Source of the DNA: the human T2T-CHM13v2.0 reference genome, Homo sapiens
Direction: 5' to 3' (one strand)
Assembly: GCF_009914755.1 (NCBI RefSeq)
Contig: NC_060928.1
DNA: 64,000 nt
Shown: one piece after another, positions 57,213 to 64,000 of the stretch
Layout: each line of letters opens with the position of its first letter
How positions within the stretch are numbered: the stretch's first letter is position 1
The notes under the pieces: generated by a model
What the model was told of the DNA's origin: nothing
Database searches by the model: none
What the model saw: the letters and a program-made list of their open reading frames with translations, nothing else
Position numbers and translations under genes: made by a program

Positions 57213-57304
57213 AGATAATCCCCTTTGTCTATACTGACATGAGTAGACTCATGTCAAAAAGACTAGACAGAGACCAAATATGGAGATTGGTCAAAGATAG
57301 GTAA

Positions 57305-57657
57305 TGGGTATACTAACAGCCACTTCACCTAAAACCAGTTTTCCTAAAGATCACTTCTCCAAATATCTACTAATAATTTGCTAAGATCATCCGCCTTTCA
57401 AATGTGTCTTATTATTTATAAAACATTGCAATTTTGACAAATCCTAATTTGATAGACAAAAATAAGTTAGAATTGCTTTTAAGTTAGAAGTGCCTTTTTT
57501 GTTAGGAATACTTACATGCCAAAAAGATGCAAGGACAAAGAGTAAGCTCCAAAAAGATGCACAAGAGGATTTAATTTTAGAAAAATGTAAATTGGCAAAT
57601 GATTCATAGACAAACTTGTTTTAGCCAAACCAGATTTAGGTAAATTGATCTAGATAC
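57305..57657. mobile_element. Possible ancient DNA-transposon MITE (MamRep38-like)
   Basis: Loosely inverted ends 'ttcacctaaaaccagttttcctaaa' / 'ttttagccaaaccagatttaggtaaattg'. Confidence 0.35.
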
Positions 57658-58791
57658 AGTAAGCCTATAAATGGCTTTTTCCCCCTTTTAAAAATTCTTC
57701 TTTCTACTCTTCTCTTCATTACTTTTTTCTTCCCTTTCATTCTTTCTCTCTTTTGTTCTTTTTGCTAATCTATGACTTTTAATTTTTCTGCAGATCTATA
57801 ACTCTTATAATAAAAGTTAAAAAAGGAAAGTTATTTTTTAAATAATACTGGGAGATTTTGACACTAATTAAAAGTGGGCAAACCTGCACTGTAAGATCTA
57901 TTCCAAGTGTGACATCCTTTGATGAATTCGACACGCAAGCTCCATCTAGTACCTACTATGTGCTAATGTCCAAGGTGGATGTCATCTAAGCATGCCCTCA
58001 TTGCCAACAGCCAACAGTGAATACCAACAAGTATGGAAAATCCCTGTCCCAATTCTGCCCAAGTCCAGGCTTGGTGACCAGCCCTGGGGAGTACTAACTC
58101 TGCCCAGAGAATCCATTTGGTTGACAGCAGCTGACTTCTACAGCTTCTATTAGGAATCTGGGAGTCATTATACACCCCTCATTAGCATTGAAAAACCATC
58201 TGGTGGCCATTAGGAAGCAAACATTACCTATTATGCATTAGGCCCTAAAAACAATTTAATTACCATCAAGGTCTAGTCAAAATCCTTCAAATAAGGGGGA
58301 TTCCCAGATAAGGGACAACCTTGCTTCCCCCTTTATAACTTGAGTAGATGAAGAATTATGTCAGGCTACAGTCCTGCTGGCTCCAGGCAATGCCTAGTGC
58401 AGATTCAATCAGCTCAATTCAGAGGTCACTGGCCAAACCACCATTTCTTTTAGGAGTCTGCAAAGTTGAATTTTTTCAATCTTTGACAGTTCTGTTTGTG
58501 AGGGGAACAATGCTATTTCCCAGATACTCTGAAAATGCTGCAATAGGGGACAAAAACTACATTCCCCCTGCCTGGCACACAATAGTTTTTTGTTTTGTTT
58601 TGTTTTTTACTCTGGGATTTGGTGTGTTGTAGCTGAAAGAGCTCTAATTAGGAATCATACAATTGTATTCAGCCCTGTCCAGCTTACTCTCTGTGTGATC
58701 TTGGACAAGTTGCTTAACTTCTCAGAGTGTTTCCCCACTTCTGTTGAATAGGCCATCTCACGGAGGCATTGTTGATTCTACCTAACACAAA

Positions 58792-59011
58792 TCAAGTCAA
58801 TACTGAATTTATCAATAGGCCAGTTTGGAATTACAGAATCTAAATAGCCCACGATCCCTTTGGCTTCCACAAAGCAGCATCTTGGAGTGTGAGGACCAGT
58901 CCTGAGAAAATAGTTTTCACTCTAGTGTTTTTAAATGACAAAATCCAGGGTGCATTTCCCAACATCCATTTTTCCAGAAGATTTGAATGAGGTTAATGCA
59001 TTCCATTTCAG
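58792..59011. repeat. Direct repeat copy 1 (220 bp)
   Basis: Aligns to 59900-60118 with ~17 substitutions and 1 indel (manual count). Confidence 0.95.
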
Positions 59012-59399
59012 ACCCACGCGCTCCCTCTGGTCACACGTGCCAGTGATCTCTTTAGGGGCATAACATCAAACTCGACTCAAAAATCCTTACCCCAATTCCT
59101 TACTCATTCCACACAAAAATCTTTAGTCAACTGGTCTTTAGTTACTGGTCCTGGCTGGTCCTCAAGCACAAATCTGGGCCCCTCTTAACGAATTCTACTC
59201 TCTTTTCTTCTCGCCCAAAGGGAATCTTTTGAACACCTAATTTGTGCTGGGCGTCCTATTAATATTGGGAATACAGGTGCTTCGGATACAGTTCCATTCT
59301 TTGGGGAATTCACGGGTTAGTGGGGGAAATCAACACACAGGAAATTACAATCAAGTGCAATGATCACCGACACAGAGAAAGCAAAGCGTGCCCCAATCC

Positions 59400-59570
59400 T
59401 TTGCCACTCAAACTGTGGTCCTGACACCAGCAGGACCATAGCAGCAACAGCACCTGGGAGCTGGTTAAAAATGCAAAATCTCAGGCCTCACTGTCCCTAC
59501 CGAAGCAAAGTCTGCATTTTCAGATCCTTCGTGACTCGAATTCACATTCGAATTTGAGGGACACTACTAC
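59400..59570. mobile_element. MER5A-like MITE
   Basis: 'ctcaaactgtggtcc...cacctgggagctggttaaaaatgcaaaatctcaggcc'. Confidence 0.75.
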
Positions 59571-59582
59571 AGAAGACTAAAG

Positions 59583-59697
59583 TAGGGTTAAAAAAAAACA
59601 TCCTGTTTATGTGAGAGTGAGGTGTTTCCTGGAATATGGGGCTTGCAGTGGTAAAACTGGGGCAGCCTCAGGCAAACCGGAACAGTTCATCATCCTA
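59583..59697. mobile_element. MER81-like hAT-Blackjack MITE
   Basis: tagggt...(a)tccta termini; 'gaggtgtttcctgg', 'caggcaaaccgg'. Confidence 0.6.
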
Positions 59698-59899
59698 AAC
59701 AGAGGGTTCACTGAGCTATGACTTGAGGGGTCAGGAGCAACTTCCAGGATCACATGAAGCCCGAGATGGCCATGGAGGAGTTAGACAGTGAAAAAAGGCT
59801 GATGAGGGAGGATGGTCTAAAGGTAGCAAATGTGACTGGAGTGGGTTTCCAGCCTTGTTTCCAAAGATCTAGCTTGGCATGATGAAGCTTCAGAGGCTG

Positions 59900-60118
59900 T
59901 CAAGTCAATATTGGATTTATCAATAGACCAATTTGGAATTACAGAATCCAAATAGCCCAGGCTCCATTTAGCTTCCACAAAACAGCATCTTGGAGTGTGA
60001 GGACCGGTCCTGAGAAAATAGTTTCACTCTAGTGTTTTTCAATGACACAATCCAGGGTGCATTTCCCAACATCCGTTTTTCCAGAGGATTCTAATGAGGT
60101 TAATGCATTCCATTTCAG
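59900..60118. repeat. Direct repeat copy 2 (219 bp)
   Basis: See copy 1. Confidence 0.95.
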
Positions 60119-60421
60119 GGATAGGAGGTGGGCCAAATGACATGTGGCCACCATCCACCCACACTTCAACAAAAATACTGTATTGTTCTACTTCTTAATT
60201 TGCATATTGGGAATCTTGTTACCTTTTTTTGTATACCCAACCCAAAACATTATGCTGCTAAAAAGAAAAAATTAGTTTGAAAACCTCTGTTGCAGAGATA
60301 AAAGTGAGGCTGTATAGCCAGGAAGACGTAGGTTTCAACCCTGGTTCTTTTGTTTACTGGTTGTGTGATCATAAGCTAGTCACATAGATCCTCTGAGCTT
60401 TAGTTCATATGTAAAGTGGAG

Positions 60422-61057
60422 TTCTGTGGGAGGTCTTTAAGACCACCTTCAGATTCAATGATTCACTAGAAGGACTAAAAAAATTCAGGAAAAAAACCTT
60501 TTATACTCACAGTTATGGTTTGTTACAGTGAAAGGATACAGATCAAAATCACCAAAGGAAAAGGTACATAGGGAAGAGTCCCAGAGAGACAAGTACAAGG
60601 TTCCTATTGTCCTCTCCCAGTGGAATCATACTGACAGCACTTAATTCTCCCAGAAATGATGTGTGACAACACATACAAAGCTTTGCCAAAACCAGAGATG
60701 CTCAGCCAAGCCTTGGTGTCCAGGGTTTTTATTTGGGGTCAGTTATGTCAGCATGGAGTACCCATGTGACTGATCTTAACTACTCAGTCTTCAGCATCCC
60801 CAGAGGTCAAACTTGATGCAAGCTAGGCCTCAGGTGAACAAAAACAGGTGTTCACTTTAAATCACATTGTCAGCGTAAGCAACCTAAACTATCTGGTATG
60901 GGGCTAAAGCTTCAGTCATACGAAGACACTTTTACTAGGCAGGATATTCCAATGGTGCAGAGATTACTCCTCCGGAGCTGGTCAAGGGCCAGTCCTTTCT
61001 TTGGAACGTACAGGGTTCGAACACACCAAGTCTGCTGAATTAACCCTTTACTACATA
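60422..61057 (-). mobile_element. MER21-family (ERVL) solo LTR inserted in a MIR
   Basis: 'aagaccaccttcagattcaatgattcactagaaggact', 'tacagtgaaaggatacagat', end 'ctgctgaattaaccctttacta'; MIR 'tgtaaagtggag|...|tggggataat' split around it. Confidence 0.85.
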
Positions 61058-61339
61058 TGGGGATAATAGCCTTTACCTTGCGAGAGACAGATACTTGTAG
61101 TCTGGCACATAATGGGTGATGAATATAAGGAGGCTTTCTTTACTCCTTGAATAAGAAGTATCTTTGCCCTGGCTTTCCCTATGTGGTTCTACATCTTCAC
61201 ATATTTTTTCTTTCCTTAGGCCCATCCAGGTATTTCCCAATGGGAAATGCTCTCCTTAAAGCCCCTCTTCCAAGAAGTCTTCCTCAGTAATATTTTTTCT
61301 CACTCCTTCTGGGAGCCACTCACAAGCAATGTCTCATGG

Positions 61340-62829
<1,490 letters not shown>

Positions 62830-62830
<1 letters not shown>

Positions 62831-63690
62831 CACACATTTATATCTTTAAGCCAGAGCATTTCTCAAAATTCCAGAATTGTACATCTAACCACCTCCCGTA
62901 TCTTCACTTGAATTATGTGCAAATTTAACACACCCAAATCCAGACTTTGGCTCCCATCGCAAACCTGCTACTACCAGAATCTCCCCAGTTTCATAAATGG
63001 GGGCTTTAACCTTCCAAATTCTAAGGCCAAAACCTTTGCAGTTACCCTTGGTTCCTCTCCTTCTTTCAGACTCCATATCTGATCCTACAAATCTTCTGAT
63101 CTCTCCCTTCAATAGATCCAGAATCTGACTGCTTCTCACCAACCTCCCCTTGGCCCTGCTCTATCCCACCATCATCTCTTGCTTCATTTACTGCAACAAT
63201 CTCCAAATTGCTCTCTCCGCACACCCCCTCACTTCACAACAGTCTCATCTCAACAATTCATCCACAGTGACCCTGTCCTTTTCCGTTCAAAGCATTCTAT
63301 GGAATTCATACCCAATCCCTGCCACGGCCTACAAGGCAATGCTCATCTGGCCCCTTCCACTTCTCTGGCCTCATCTCCTAGCACCTTCCCCATTCTCTGT
63401 TCCCTTCGCAATGGCCCCCATGAAGCTCCCAAATGTATCAGGCATGTTCTCACCCAGGCCTTTGCATTTGCGTTCCTTTTTCCTGGAACTCACTTTCCCT
63501 AAATAACCTCGGTCTGGTTCCCTCACTTCATTCAGGTCTCACCTCCAGAGTTGCCCCATGAAGCCTTCTCTGAACATCCTGTATAAAATAGCTACAGCCC
63601 CACCACTGCCCTCTCCAATTTTCCTTTGCTTTCTGTTTCTCCTTGTTGCTTATCACCATGTGACATGTTGGCCTGTTTATGTTTATTGTC
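62830..63690 (+). mobile_element. L2 fragment
   Basis: 'atccagaatctgactgcttctcacc', 'cccaggcctttgcatttgc', 'cctcacttcattcaggtctc'. Confidence 0.85.
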
Positions 63691-64000
63691 TGTAAACTCA
63701 TTGATGTCACAGATGGACTCTATAATATTTGCTAAATGAATTGAATAATTGTTAGATTTATCTTTTTCTGCCCTATCAGCAGTTACTTTTCTTGGTCTTT
63801 TTAATCCACCTTCATTGGTACTGTTTTCAAGCCTTTTTGTATTTTCAATAATTAAATTTTCAGCAATGTCTCTTCCCTTCTTTAGTTTTTTAATTTTATT
63901 TTTTAGTTCTGTACTGAAAGCATGTTATTCTACCATTTTTCTTCCATAGGGCGGCAATGTCCCTCTGCATCGTGTTCTATTGCTTTAGTAGCTCATCTTT

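Noticed and set aside
58792-60118. Direct repeats read as an LTR retroelement or CRISPR-like array
   Set aside because: Only two copies, with no TG/CA ends, primer-binding site, TSD, spacers or cas genes; the interior is ordinary old TE debris

Overview
This is primate (human-like) non-coding DNA, either intergenic or deep intronic. It is AT-rich and CpG-depleted, with no CpG island. I recognise no protein-coding gene, rRNA, tRNA or CRISPR array, and the supplied ORFs are Alu/L1/L2/LTR translations, microsatellites or chance frames. Most of the window is a nested fossil record of transposable elements: about 19 Alus (many with clear TSDs), a ~5 kb L1MC-type LINE with readable ORF2 RT motifs, older L1M/L2/MIR pieces, solo LTRs (THE1, MLT1, MLT2, LTR16, MER21, MER66-like, LTR41/50-like) and DNA transposons (Zaphod hAT with a transposase remnant, MER119, MER2, MER5, MER53, MER81, MADE1). 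Subfamily names come from recalled consensus sequences and boundaries of old elements are approximate. I found no evidence for a new multi-gene system. The most interesting structures that repeat annotation does not explain are: (i) three TSD-bracketed L1-mediated insertions carrying non-L1 sequence, namely two apparent 3' transductions (39.4 kb and 40.7-41.4 kb) and a ~30-nt polyadenylated MLT1 transcript end (47.1 kb); (ii) a 67-nt hairpin with a perfect 20-bp stem at 56.07 kb whose loop is copied 1.1 kb away; (iii) several local duplications or templated insertions with snap-back hairpins at their junctions; (iv) candidate regulatory sites (CTCF-like motifs, Hox/Pbx/Meis clusters, a GGAA microsatellite).
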